Assembly: GCA_964012805.1 (NCBI GenBank)
Contig: CAXGUD010000005.1
Coordinates: 1-64,000, forward strand
DNA: 64,000 bases
Source of the DNA: an uncultured Bacteriovoracaceae bacterium
GTDB taxonomy: Bacteria; Bdellovibrionota; Bacteriovoracia; Bacteriovoracales; Bacteriovoracaceae
Direction of reading: 5' to 3'
Within the stretch, counting starts at the first letter, position 1, and each line of letters opens with the position of its first letter. Shown here in pieces: positions 19,369 through 29,542 of this stretch. Both the position numbers and the translations under genes were made by a program. The notes under the pieces are model-generated. The model was not told the DNA's origin, did no database searches, and saw nothing but the letters and a program-made list of their open reading frames with translations.

Positions 19369-20610
19369 TTAATCCCCGCCTTTTGCCCAACTGTAAAACA
19401 CGAAAGCTTCTCCACTAAAAAACTTTGCTCTTTCCCTAGGAAGCTCAATAAATCCGTCGCTTTTCGTTAGAGAAAAGTAATCACCAGAGCCATTTGTTTT
19501 TTGAGGAACTGCCGTTAGTTTTCCACTAAGCGGAGACCTTTCAATTGAAACAGGCAAATAAAAAGTTAGATTTTTAGAAAAACTAAAGTCTTCTTTTAGA
19601 ACAACCTTGTTCTCGGAGTCTTTAGTCCAAGAGTTTTCTATCAATGGACCTACATAACGCCTCAAGCAGATGATACAAGAAACAGGGTTTCCCGGAAGCC
19701 CGAAAACAAGAGTCCCCTTAGCAGATTTTCCAAACCACATTGGTTTTCCAGGCCTTTGCTTTATTTTATGAAATATCTTTTGAACTCCCAGGTCGTTTAG
19801 AATAGAGGGGACGTAATCATATTTTCCCTTCGATACGCCACCTGTTATAACTACCAGATCATAACTCTCCAAAGCCTCCTTAAATTTCTCAAAAAGAGTC
19901 TGTGGGTCATCTTTTAAATGGAAAATATCTACTTCCGTATGGCCTCGAAGCTCTAACTCAGCTTTTAAGGCATGGGTGTTCGACATCCTTATTTGATGCT
20001 CAAGAGGCTTATCTTTTACAGGTACAAGTTCATCACCAGTACTAATTAAAACTATTCTGGGCTTTTTTTGTATTAAAACATTCGCATACCCTTCAGAAGC
20101 CAATACACCTAAAACAGGTGAAGTAATGAGTGCTCCTTTTGATAGAAGAAGCTCTCCCTTCTTATAATCACTTCCCAATTTATGAATATTTTGCCCTTTT
20201 GAAAAAGAGTGTTCATCCTTAAGAATCACTTCTCTACCTTTTGAAGAAGGACTTCCACTATCCATAAAATGACAATGCTCATAAGGAATTACAGTATCAC
20301 ACCCAATAGGCAAAGGGGCTCCAGTCATGACTTCAAAACATTTATCTGAATCAGACAAAGTAAGGGCCCTAGAGCCGGCAGCTTGGATCCCCTCTGTAAT
20401 AAGTGGTTTTTTATCTTTTAAAGAGAGCCATGAGGAAGAGTTCAATGAAATTCCATCCATTGCCACTCGATTAAAAGGAGGTTGAGGCCTTTCTGCAAAG
20501 ATATCTTCAGCTAACACCTGACCGGCTGAATCTCCTAAAGAGACTCTCATTACATTTATTTGAAGTTTTTCTTTCGCTAAAAAACCTTGAGCTTCCTCTA
20601 CAGAAATCAT
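19369..20610 (-). CDS. moeA: Molybdopterin molybdotransferase
   Basis: PPFNRVAMDG, MTGAPLP, STGDEL, TGGVS, RPGKP, LPGNP. Confidence 0.96.
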   Translation of the reverse strand: MISVEEAQGFLAKEKLQINVMRVSLGDSAGQVLAEDIFAERPQPPFNRVAMDGISLNSSSWLSLKDKKPLITEGIQAAGSRALTLSDSDKCFEVMTGAPLPIGCDTVIPYEHCHFMDSGSPSSKGREVILKDEHSFSKGQNIHKLGSDYKKGELLLSKGALITSPVLGVLASEGYANVLIQKKPRIVLISTGDELVPVKDKPLEHQIRMSNTHALKAELELRGHTEVDIFHLKDDPQTLFEKFKEALESYDLVVITGGVSKGKYDYVPSILNDLGVQKIFHKIKQRPGKPMWFGKSAKGTLVFGLPGNPVSCIICLRRYVGPLIENSWTKDSENKVVLKEDFSFSKNLTFYLPVSIERSPLSGKLTAVPQKTNGSGDYFSLTKSDGFIELPRERAKFFSGEAFVFYSWAKGGD

Positions 20611-20876
20611 CTAATACCCCTTCTCCGTCTTCTCTCCCCGCAAAGCTTGATTAACTATTGGAGGTAACCAATATACTTTGAAAAAAGCCCAAAGTCCCTT
20701 GAAATTTTAATTTTGTGACAAGTCATTCTTTAGTAGCTGCTATAAAATTTTAGGCAAAGGCTTTGTTAAAAATTGCGCTTGTAATCGTAAAAAACTAAAA
20801 TAGAGTGAGGTGCTTTTATTTCTCTTTCGGAGGTTAAAAACGCCACAATGGGAAAATTATTGTAAGGAGAATCCAC

Positions 20877-21239
20877 TTGAAGATCTTTCATATTATAGGA
20901 AAAGATGATTGGTACCCCATTAAAAAAGAGAAAAAGGATTATACCCCCTCAAGTCTAAAAAGTGAGGGGTTTATTCACTGCTGTAAACTTGATCAAATTC
21001 TCTTGGTTCTCAATACATTTTTTAAAAATAAGGACCATCAAATCATACTTGTCATTAATCAAAACAAAGTAAAATCCAAAGTTGTTCATGAAACCCCATA
21101 CGAGACTCCTCAATCTAAATTTCACTTTCCCCATATTTATGGACCTCTTAACCTCGATGCCATTGAAGATGAAATTGAAGTCCATCCAAAAGAGGACGGA
21201 CTTTTTACACTTCCAAAAGATCTTTTTAATGACCTATGA
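20877..21239 (+). CDS. DUF952 family protein
   Basis: IFHI, EGFIHC, FPHIYGPL. Confidence 0.88.
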   Translation: MKIFHIIGKDDWYPIKKEKKDYTPSSLKSEGFIHCCKLDQILLVLNTFFKNKDHQIILVINQNKVKSKVVHETPYETPQSKFHFPHIYGPLNLDAIEDEIEVHPKEDGLFTLPKDLFNDL

Positions 21240-21282
21240 AGGATCAAAAGCTTAAAAAAGATTCCTTTGGCCTATCCAATTT

Positions 21283-22062
21283 TTACTTTAAAAATTCATA
21301 GACCTCCTTCCAAAAAACATGACTACTCACCAAGTCATTGTGACCCCTGCCCTCTATTTTTTTAAATAAGGTGCTTTTTGGAAAATAAGTTGCAGCTTCT
21401 TTTCCGAAGCGAAAAGGAATAACGCGGTCTTTATCTCCATGAATAATAAGAACCTGCGAATTAACCTTTTTTGCCCAAACCTTAAGGGGGAACTTGTTAG
21501 TCATAAGCCAGCGAACAGGAAGTATTGGATAATGATGTTGACCCACGTCACTCAAAGTGGTGAAAGGACTTTGAAGAATCAGGCCTTTTATTGGTTTTTT
21601 ACTAGCAATATAAGTGCTTACAGCAGTTCCCAAACTTTCTCCAAAAAGATAAACAGAGTTGTCCATTCCTTTGCTTTCCAAAGATAAAAAAAGATTGTCG
21701 GCTCCTTGAAGAATTTCTTTTTCACCCAAGTCCCCAACTAATCCACCATAGCCAGGGTATTCAGCTAAAATAATATTAAAATGTTGATCCTTTAAACGGT
21801 CTAAAACAAAATAACGATCACAGGCATTCCCAGCATTTCCATGAAAGTGAACAAGAGTTCCCTTGGCCTCTGGTACCTTTCTTAAATAGTAATATGCGTT
21901 ATTTTTTTTATCTTCAATTAGCTCTCCTCCCATTTGAAAAACCCGTGGACAATATTTTAAGGACCTTTGGTCCGGGTAAAAAACCATGCTGTTCTCAAAA
22001 GAAAAAACCAATAGGCAAAAAAAAGCGTAGGGAATTAAAGCAATAGTGATTATTTTATTCAT
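21283..22062 (-). CDS. Alpha/beta hydrolase (ABHD13/17-like)
   Basis: FHGNAG, EYPGYG, GESLG, HGDKD, GHND. Confidence 0.9.
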   Translation of the reverse strand: MNKIITIALIPYAFFCLLVFSFENSMVFYPDQRSLKYCPRVFQMGGELIEDKKNNAYYYLRKVPEAKGTLVHFHGNAGNACDRYFVLDRLKDQHFNIILAEYPGYGGLVGDLGEKEILQGADNLFLSLESKGMDNSVYLFGESLGTAVSTYIASKKPIKGLILQSPFTTLSDVGQHHYPILPVRWLMTNKFPLKVWAKKVNSQVLIIHGDKDRVIPFRFGKEAATYFPKSTLFKKIEGRGHNDLVSSHVFWKEVYEFLK

Positions 22063-22131
22063 GAGTCTATTGTAGCTTGCTTCTTTTCAAAGAATAAAGA
22101 CTTTGCTAGTTTCCCCAACACTGTTTTAAAA

Positions 22132-22803
22132 ATGATTAATTATTGGAGGTTTACTGTGTCTATATCTAGAATGATTAGTGTTATCGCTGCTCTGTGTTTT
22201 GTTAGCTCGTCCTGGGCTTCTTCCTTTAAAGGGTGGAAACAGATAAAGGAAGATAAAGGCATTACTGTCTTTACTCAAAAAATGGAAGGATCTCCCGTCT
22301 TTTCTTTTGGCGGAAAAGTTATCCTAAAAACAAGTGTAGAGAAAGTATTCAACGTTCTAATGGATAAAAGATATAGAAAAGAATGGGTGGATAGACTTAA
22401 AGTTTCTAAAGTTTTAAGCGAGAAAACACCTTATGATTATATCCTCTATCAAGAATTCGGTCTTCCCTGGCCTGTGAGTAATAGAGATTTTGTCTACCAT
22501 GGTAAAGCTTATAAAGATCAACTGGGAAGAGTTCACCTAGAAATGACCTCTGTTCCAAGTACAAATTCTCCAAAATCAAAAGGCGTAAGGGCACATCTAC
22601 ACAAAAGCTTTTACATTCTTACCGACTTAGGTAATGGGAAAACACAGGTAGAAGTTGGGATTAACTCCGACCCAAAAGGTCTTATTCCTGGTTGGTTAGC
22701 AAATCTTATCCAAAGAAGCTGGCCACTTAAAACGCTTAAAGGAATTAAAGCTCAGGTTGAAAAAAATCACTCTGCTTCAATGCCTCTTCCACCTGTACTT
22801 TAG
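22132..22803 (+). CDS. Secreted START-domain lipid-binding protein
   Basis: Signal peptide, W..IKEDKGITV, PWPVSNRDFV, DPKGLIPGW. Confidence 0.88.
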   Translation: MINYWRFTVSISRMISVIAALCFVSSSWASSFKGWKQIKEDKGITVFTQKMEGSPVFSFGGKVILKTSVEKVFNVLMDKRYRKEWVDRLKVSKVLSEKTPYDYILYQEFGLPWPVSNRDFVYHGKAYKDQLGRVHLEMTSVPSTNSPKSKGVRAHLHKSFYILTDLGNGKTQVEVGINSDPKGLIPGWLANLIQRSWPLKTLKGIKAQVEKNHSASMPLPPVL

Positions 22804-22824
22804 TCCTTTCTATTTTTATTCAAA

Positions 22825-22858
22825 AAACCACTTTAAAGCCCTACCTTTAAAGTGGTTT
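22825..22858 (+). terminator. Perfect 14-bp hairpin, probable intrinsic terminator
   Basis: AAACCACTTTAAAG-ccctac-CTTTAAAGTGGTTT about 20 nt after the START gene stop. Confidence 0.7.
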
Positions 22859-22985
22859 ACTCTAATTGAAAACCTTTCCATAAATAAAAAAACTTAAAAA
22901 CTCAATTATGATTTTGATAGACTTAGAAGTGAGTCCTGAAGTTCAAATTGCTTAAATTTTTCGCTCATTTTGGAAAGGTTTTCAA

Positions 22986-24527
22986 ATGAAACAAGCATGT
23001 AAAAAAATCTTAATCCTAGATAAAGACGTCGAACTTATGGAAAGTTTTAAAGGACTCTTCTATGGGGACCATATTTTTGATTTTAGGAAATCCGCTAAAA
23101 ATTTAAAGGCCGATTCATCAAACCTTGGAGATGACCTAAAAGATCTTGATATTTTTACGGTGACAGACTCGAGCAAGGGAATTCTTCTTTTTGAGGAGGC
23201 TTTAAAAAAGGATGATCCCTTTGGAGTTGTTATTTTAGACCTCAATATGAACTACAACAAAAAAGAAAATGACTTTGCTTCTAAAATAAGGTTTCTAGAT
23301 CCACGAGTAGAAATTATCCTCATGACTGGGTTAGATTACACGCTAGAACAGTTGGAAAGTATTGTCGGCAAAGGCTTTAGCTTTGTTAAAAAGCCTTTTA
23401 CTTCCAGTGAAATACTTCAAACGGTAAATAAGAGCCTATTCGAGTATAATAAGACCATCTATATAGAAAGCCTTATCCTTCCAAGCTTTCATGGAGTTTT
23501 AGACGAAGGTCAGAAAGAGCAAATTTTTGAAGATATTTCAAAATATATGCAACAAGAATTAGATGTGGAATCCTTTTTAGTTTTAAAAGGGGGGCTTGAA
23601 AGAAGAGACAAAGTGAAGGCACATAACTGGAACTTCACTGCTAGAGAAACTGAAGACTTAGTCGAGTTCGCAGAAAAACTAGAGTTCGATTTTTTTGTAC
23701 TCCGTGATAAGAATATAAGTATTTGGAAGAAAGCCGGCTTTACTTTCATAAACCTCTATAAAAAATTAACGATAAAAAACTCAAAAGATTCACTGATTAT
23801 GGCCTCTTTCCTTGAGAAGCTAAATCACATCTCTAAAATGGAAAAAATTAAAGTTGATGCTCTCGCAAAAACAAAAGTTAAACGGCTTGCGGATTTCCTC
23901 AATTCATTTTTACTAAAATATAGAAATATCCAAAATGGTATTCAGTCAAGCTTAGAAGTTATTCTCGAAGAAAACCCGAAACAGCCCTGGCTGAGTGATA
24001 TGAATGAACTCATCGTTAAATCGCTTACTGAGTTACGTGGAACCTTAGAAGACTCTGAAATGTTGTTTAGAGAAATTGTTTTAAGAACAAGTTCCTTTAG
24101 CCTTAATGAACTTTTTTCTGTTATAAAAGGCGAGCTTGAAGCTGCTTGTAAAGAAAAAAAAATATCTATAAAAATTGAAATTGATCCAAATGATAGCTCG
24201 TTTGGGGATGTAAGTCTTATTAAAAAGTGCCTTCATCACCTTGTTAAAAATTCAATGAAAGCAATCTCTAAGAACTCAGGAGATAAAGAAGGTATCATAA
24301 TTCTTAGAGGCTCCAAAGGAGGAAAACAAATTGAGGTCCTTGATAATGGCCCAGGTTTTCCCAACAAATTTTTAGACCAAGTAACTCTCTTTGGAAAAAA
24401 GCAAAATGAAAGTTTTGAATTTGGACTTGGGGTTCCCTTCGTAACAGAGGTTGTCGAAGCTCATGGAGGGAAGGTTTTATTTTCAGAAGCAGAGTCGTGG
24501 ACAGTTGTATCTATAAGCCTGCCTTAA
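22986..24527 (+). CDS. REC-HATPase hybrid sensor-kinase-like protein (H-box His not evident)
   Basis: REC motifs VILDLNM, ILMTG, KPF; N-box LVKNSMKAI, DNGPGF, GLGV, HGG. Confidence 0.8.
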   Translation: MKQACKKILILDKDVELMESFKGLFYGDHIFDFRKSAKNLKADSSNLGDDLKDLDIFTVTDSSKGILLFEEALKKDDPFGVVILDLNMNYNKKENDFASKIRFLDPRVEIILMTGLDYTLEQLESIVGKGFSFVKKPFTSSEILQTVNKSLFEYNKTIYIESLILPSFHGVLDEGQKEQIFEDISKYMQQELDVESFLVLKGGLERRDKVKAHNWNFTARETEDLVEFAEKLEFDFFVLRDKNISIWKKAGFTFINLYKKLTIKNSKDSLIMASFLEKLNHISKMEKIKVDALAKTKVKRLADFLNSFLLKYRNIQNGIQSSLEVILEENPKQPWLSDMNELIVKSLTELRGTLEDSEMLFREIVLRTSSFSLNELFSVIKGELEAACKEKKISIKIEIDPNDSSFGDVSLIKKCLHHLVKNSMKAISKNSGDKEGIIILRGSKGGKQIEVLDNGPGFPNKFLDQVTLFGKKQNESFEFGLGVPFVTEVVEAHGGKVLFSEAESWTVVSISLP

Positions 24528-25381
24528 TGCGTAGAAACCCAATTAACTAAAGCATCACAAACTTGCTGCCTATCCATTTCCTTTTCATTAAATGTTTCAT
24601 GATATAGACCTTCAAATAAGTGAATGGATTTCTTTTGGCTTGAAATTTTATCATAAACTTCAGTTGAACCGTCTGGAGAAACAAGTTGATCTCCTGTTCC
24701 ATGAAAAATATAAAAGGGAAGCTCAATTTTTGAAGCCTCTTCTAAAATTTTATCACCCATTTCAAAAAGAGACTTGCCCATCTGAAATGAAATCTTACCA
24801 TGCGTTAAACGATCCTCCTTATACCTCTCCACAACATAGGGGTCCTGACTCAAGTTATTTAAATCCAGGCCTGTTTCTAAAATTGCTTTAGGAAAAAAAG
24901 AAGCCAACCTCATACCAATAAATTTTTTAACATGCTTGATGGGATCCATAACAGGTTTAATTCCAGGAGATGAAATAATCACAGCATCAATCTTTTCTTG
25001 CGCCTCATTATCAAGACAGTAATCAAGAGCTATAAGTCCTCCCATTGAGTGTCCAAAAAGATACCTTTTTATCCCCGGAAATTGTTTATGAGTAATATCA
25101 ATTAATACGTCTAAGTCTTCAGAATAGTCATTAAAATCATCTGCATGGCCCCTAATACCTGGCGATTGCCCATGACCCCTTGCATCTAACGCAAAGAAAG
25201 CCGTGTGCTCATTATGAAGCGCCTTTATAAGATTACCGTAGCGCCCCCCATGCTCACCAATCCCATGTTGAATAATAAAAAGGCGCTGAACCTCCTTTTC
25301 AGGAAGCCATCTTCTGAAAAAAATATCTATTCCATCAACTTCTGAGGTGAAAAAGTCATAAGAATGTGTCAATTTTTTCAC
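24524..25381 (-). CDS. Lysophospholipase / monoacylglycerol lipase
   Basis: HGIGEHGGRY, DARGHG, GHSMGG, HGTGD, YHE. Confidence 0.92.
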   Translation of the reverse strand: MKKLTHSYDFFTSEVDGIDIFFRRWLPEKEVQRLFIIQHGIGEHGGRYGNLIKALHNEHTAFFALDARGHGQSPGIRGHADDFNDYSEDLDVLIDITHKQFPGIKRYLFGHSMGGLIALDYCLDNEAQEKIDAVIISSPGIKPVMDPIKHVKKFIGMRLASFFPKAILETGLDLNNLSQDPYVVERYKEDRLTHGKISFQMGKSLFEMGDKILEEASKIELPFYIFHGTGDQLVSPDGSTEVYDKISSQKKSIHLFEGLYHETFNEKEMDRQQVCDALVNWVSTH

Positions 25382-25385
25382 TAAA

Positions 25386-26993
25386 TTACCTCTTCTTTTT
25401 AGATATCATCAGTTTCATGATATCTCTACTTTTCAAATAACCAAGAACAGAAATCGATGTCAAGACTCCGGCCATGAGAGCTCCGCCGATTCCGCAAGTC
25501 ACGACATCTTGACCAGTTAAAAATAAGTTTTTTACTGGTCCCCTTGTAGAAATATCACTCTCAAAACGAGTAAATGTATGATCAAGTCCATATAGCTCAC
25601 CTTTTTGGTAATTAGAGAAATGCTTCGTCGAAAGAGGAGTTGATAATTCAAAAAAGCTTACCTTCCCCTTCAAATTCGGAAATTTTTTAAAAAGAACTTT
25701 AAGTAGTCTCTCTGAAACATCTTCCTTTAAAGAATTATAATCTTCGCCCCTTTTATTCCAATCGGTATCCTCCCATTTAGAAAACCAATCATAATGACTC
25801 AAAGTGATTATTTCTATAGTAGACTTACCCGGATATCTTTTTTCCCAGGAAGGATCCTTGGCCGATGGAAAAGAAATATAAACTAAAGGAAAATCACCCA
25901 CAGGTTTTTCTAAAAATGCGTCAATATTTTTATCATGAAACTCACTTTTATAGATCCATTGATTGGTCGTAGGTAAACCTAATTCTTCCTTGTTACCTTG
26001 AAGACCTATATAAAGACAGTAATGACCCATGGAAGACTTTAGCCCTGGTAGTTGAGAATTTAAGCTATCTTTTTTTACGTATTGAGGTGGTAAAAGATGA
26101 TTGAAAGTATTTTTTAGGCCTGTATTACTAATAACTCTGTGAGCAAATATCTTATGTCCATTTTCAAGAAGAACTCCCTTAACACAATCTTTTTCTACCA
26201 AAATTTCCTTAACACCAGCGTTCGTAACGACCTCTCCTCCATTTTTTTCTATAACACTCACAATTGTTTCAGCTATTTTTGATCCACCACCAATAGGATA
26301 ATTTCCTCCATCAAAGTAATGATTTGAAATCATTGCATGAATAGAAAAAGGGGACCTTCCTGGTGGAAGACCATAATCTCCCCATTGACCGGTAAGAACA
26401 CCAATTAATTTTTCATTATTGGTCAATTCATTAAGAACTTCTTTAGTCGTCTTTTTTGCATATTTTAAAAATGTTCTCCCCATAAATGGAGACAATAAAA
26501 GTCTTAACCAACTAGGGAAAGCTTTTTTCATAAAGAAGCTTCTTGAGGAAGAGTTAACTTTCTTTACTAGATTAATATATTCAGTAATGGCCCTTTCTTC
26601 TTCGGGAAAATATTCAACCATTTTCGATTTAAAGTTTGAGAGCCCTTCAACAAAAGAAAATTCTTCCTCACCTATAATAATATTGTCGTAAACTGGATCC
26701 ATCTTTTTCCAATCTAATTGACCATCTGTAATTTCATCAAATATGAGTCTTAAAGTTGATATCGGATCGTGAACTTTACCTATATAATGAAGCCCCACAT
26801 CCCACTCAAAACCACCTCTAGAGTAAACGTGAGTAAAACCACCTGCAGTATAATGCCTCTCTAAAACTAAAACTTTTTGTCCCTTCTTCGATAAAAAAGA
26901 AGCTGTAGTAAGCCCACCCAAGCCGGAGCCAATTATAATCGAATCATAAAAATCACTTAAATTGCTTTTTTTAAACCTTGTTCCAATGATCAC
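25386..26993 (-). CDS. Phytoene desaturase / all-trans-retinol 13,14-reductase-like FAD oxidoreductase
   Basis: GSGLGG, ERHYTAGGFTH, WDVGLHY, SFPSAKDP, STPLS, LTGQD. Confidence 0.9.
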   Translation of the reverse strand: MIIGTRFKKSNLSDFYDSIIIGSGLGGLTTASFLSKKGQKVLVLERHYTAGGFTHVYSRGGFEWDVGLHYIGKVHDPISTLRLIFDEITDGQLDWKKMDPVYDNIIIGEEEFSFVEGLSNFKSKMVEYFPEEERAITEYINLVKKVNSSSRSFFMKKAFPSWLRLLLSPFMGRTFLKYAKKTTKEVLNELTNNEKLIGVLTGQWGDYGLPPGRSPFSIHAMISNHYFDGGNYPIGGGSKIAETIVSVIEKNGGEVVTNAGVKEILVEKDCVKGVLLENGHKIFAHRVISNTGLKNTFNHLLPPQYVKKDSLNSQLPGLKSSMGHYCLYIGLQGNKEELGLPTTNQWIYKSEFHDKNIDAFLEKPVGDFPLVYISFPSAKDPSWEKRYPGKSTIEIITLSHYDWFSKWEDTDWNKRGEDYNSLKEDVSERLLKVLFKKFPNLKGKVSFFELSTPLSTKHFSNYQKGELYGLDHTFTRFESDISTRGPVKNLFLTGQDVVTCGIGGALMAGVLTSISVLGYLKSRDIMKLMISKKKR

Positions 26994-27036
26994 TTTTTAA
27001 CCTTTTTTTAAATTACAAAATAATTTTGGATAAAAC

Positions 27037-27585
27037 TTAATTTTGAGAATAAATAAAAAAGATCAAAAAGGAAAAGGAAGTTAAGAGAGTAAATGACAAA
27101 CCAAATAGAATTACTTTTCTTGTTATAAAAATAGCGTTGGAAAAATGTCTGATATTGAGCTCTATTTCTTTTCTTTCATTAATTTTTAGTTGTTTAATTT
27201 GATAATCAATTATTTTGGTAGTTGGCAAAGAGCTTATTTTTCTATTCAAGTCATCTTTTCCATTAAGTGATGATTCAATTTTTCTAAAGGTACTCCTCAA
27301 TGAGGCGATCATTTTATCTTTTCCATGACTCTGATTATTTACTTTTAATTTATCTAGACTTAAGAATATTTGGTTTAAACTTTCTTGGGACAATTTTTTA
27401 GATTTTATATCTATGGAATGAATATACTCCAGATTTATATAAGACTTAGCTTGAATGTAAAGAAAACTACTCAACTTTTTTAGAGATAAGAAAGATCCCA
27501 GTCCGGTTAAAATGAAAAAAGAGATTGGAATTATATAGGCAAGTATAAGTTCTCTCTTACCCAATTCATTTAGTCTAAAGCTCAT
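27037..27585 (-). CDS. Two-TM protein with extracytoplasmic helical domain
   Basis: Hydrophobic helices at both termini flanking a ~110 aa amphipathic region. Confidence 0.6.
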   Translation of the reverse strand: MSFRLNELGKRELILAYIIPISFFILTGLGSFLSLKKLSSFLYIQAKSYINLEYIHSIDIKSKKLSQESLNQIFLSLDKLKVNNQSHGKDKMIASLRSTFRKIESSLNGKDDLNRKISSLPTTKIIDYQIKQLKINERKEIELNIRHFSNAIFITRKVILFGLSFTLLTSFSFLIFFIYSQN

Positions 27586-27740
27586 TCAACCCTATCGAAT
27601 ATTTAAATTTTTTCTTTAAAGGTAGAGTATTTCACTTTTTAATTGATATCGGATTTTTATATACAAACAATGTAATAGGCACAATTCTAATTTTTTGATA
27701 AACTAGCCTGGCAGATTTAGTAATTCTTAGAGGAAAATTA

Positions 27741-28115
27741 ATGGTTAAAATACTGATAATTGAGGACGAGGAACTTGTCGCAGAAATTATCAAAGATTTC
27801 ATTAAAGGTGAAATAGAAGTCACCTTTGATAATGCCAAGACTGCAGAGGAAGGGCTAGATCTAACTAAAAAAAACCAATATAATTTGATTATTGCGGACT
27901 ATATTCTACCTAAAATGAACGGTGCTGACTTTGCAAAAATGGTTAGAGAAGAAGGCATTGCTGAAAATACACCGATTGTTTTTGTAACCGGAAGCTTAGA
28001 AAGCTGTAAAGGTTCTGTTCCAAGCTTAAATAATGTGAGTTTTATAGAGAAACCATGGAAGGTGAGAGATCTGATTCATGAAGTTTGCAGTAAAGTAGAT
28101 AGAGGAATAAAGTAA
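27741..28115 (+). CDS. Single-domain response regulator (CheY-like)
   Basis: ILIIEDE, IIADYILPKMNG, VTG, EKP. Confidence 0.92.
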   Translation: MVKILIIEDEELVAEIIKDFIKGEIEVTFDNAKTAEEGLDLTKKNQYNLIIADYILPKMNGADFAKMVREEGIAENTPIVFVTGSLESCKGSVPSLNNVSFIEKPWKVRDLIHEVCSKVDRGIK

Positions 28116-28152
28116 ACTTTTAATTTTAATAAAGGGACTTAAGGAAAAAAAG

Positions 28153-28530
28153 ATGAGCAAAAAAAAGGTAATGCTAGTTCTAGATGACGAAACAGGTATC
28201 CTTGGAATTTTCGAAGAGCTCATGGGTGCAGAGTTCGAAATTCATTGCTGTAAAAGCGTATCAGAAGCAAAAAATATTCTTAAAGAGCATAAGCCTGACA
28301 TTATGTTCCTAGATTATCTTGTAAATGGAGAGGTTGGTGTCAGCCTCATCGATGAGGTTCAAAAAGAACACCTCGAAACAAATTGGGCCATTATGACATC
28401 TTATCGAAGGATGATTACTGAGAATGACCTCAGAAAAATGGACAACTGCCCTATTATAGAAAAACCTTTTAAATTAGAACTCCTTAAAAAGACTCTCTCA
28501 GCTATTCTTGAAAATAATAAAAAAAGTTAA
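28153..28530 (+). CDS. Single-domain response regulator
   Basis: LVLDDE, MFLDY, MTS, EKPF. Confidence 0.9.
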   Translation: MSKKKVMLVLDDETGILGIFEELMGAEFEIHCCKSVSEAKNILKEHKPDIMFLDYLVNGEVGVSLIDEVQKEHLETNWAIMTSYRRMITENDLRKMDNCPIIEKPFKLELLKKTLSAILENNKKS

Positions 28531-28688
28531 GGGCCAGTTACAGCGCCTTTCTTGACAATTCCCTTCAGGTTTTACTTTTTTCACATTCCGTCCTTTTTTC
28601 TTTGGCTTATTTTTCTTAAAATAAGATGGGGACATTTATTTTTTTATTCAATGGTTAAAAGACCATCAAAACCAAAAGGGGTAAGTTC

Positions 28689-29510
28689 ATGGATCGGACT
28701 TTCAAAACTTCAAACCGTATTTTCATCATTTTGCTTTTATCATTATCAATTGGAAATACACAGGCTCAAGACGACAATCAAACAAAACCAGGTTTTCTCA
28801 TGGGTGCTATAGGTGATTCAATAACAAGTGGAGTAAATGCCAATGGTGTTGGAATTCACAAGCACTTTAGTTGGTCGACCGGAAAAGGTACTTCAACAAG
28901 AAGTTTTCAAAGTCACTACAAAAAAATTGAATTAATGAAGAAAACGGAAGTGAAAGCTTATAATATGGCAAAAGGAGGTGCCCGATCAAAAGACCTCCCG
29001 AAACAAGCAATCAAATTGGCAAAAAAGAAAGTTGATTACGCAACTATCTTAATTGGTGCGAATAATTTATGTGATTGGAAAACCTCAAATCAGCAGCAAC
29101 TAGATCAGTTTGAAAAAGATGTAAGAACCTCTATCAATACGTTGTTAGAATCAAATCGTAACATTAAGATTTTTCTTGCTCCTGTTCCTGATATGTATAA
29201 CCTTTGGTGGATCAATAGAAATAATAATAAATGTACTAAGATGTGGGATACTTTCAATATCTGTTCATCAATTCTTTCTAGCTCATTAACCGATGAACAA
29301 AGAGAAGAATTCAAACAAAGATGGGAAGATTTAAATAGAACACTTGAAAGAATTTCTTATGATTATATGAAAAATATAAAGTTTGATTTGGGAATATCTT
29401 ATACAAGATTTCAGCGTAAGCATATTTCAACTGTTGATTGTTTCCATCCTTCCCTAGAAGGCCAGGAGCTTATTTCTAAAAAAGCCTGGGACAACGGATG
29501 GTTCAATTAA
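28689..29510 (+). CDS. Secreted SGNH/GDSL hydrolase
   Basis: GDSIT, GAN, DCFHP. Confidence 0.9.
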   Translation: MDRTFKTSNRIFIILLLSLSIGNTQAQDDNQTKPGFLMGAIGDSITSGVNANGVGIHKHFSWSTGKGTSTRSFQSHYKKIELMKKTEVKAYNMAKGGARSKDLPKQAIKLAKKKVDYATILIGANNLCDWKTSNQQQLDQFEKDVRTSINTLLESNRNIKIFLAPVPDMYNLWWINRNNNKCTKMWDTFNICSSILSSSLTDEQREEFKQRWEDLNRTLERISYDYMKNIKFDLGISYTRFQRKHISTVDCFHPSLEGQELISKKAWDNGWFN

Positions 29511-29542
29511 TACTAAAAGGTATTTAAATTAACTAGGATGGG

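Noticed and set aside
20611..20876. Moco/Wco riboswitch upstream of moeA
   Set aside because: Only a short TATTGG-CCAATA hairpin seen and no recognisable conserved Moco-RNA elements; an Rfam scan would settle it
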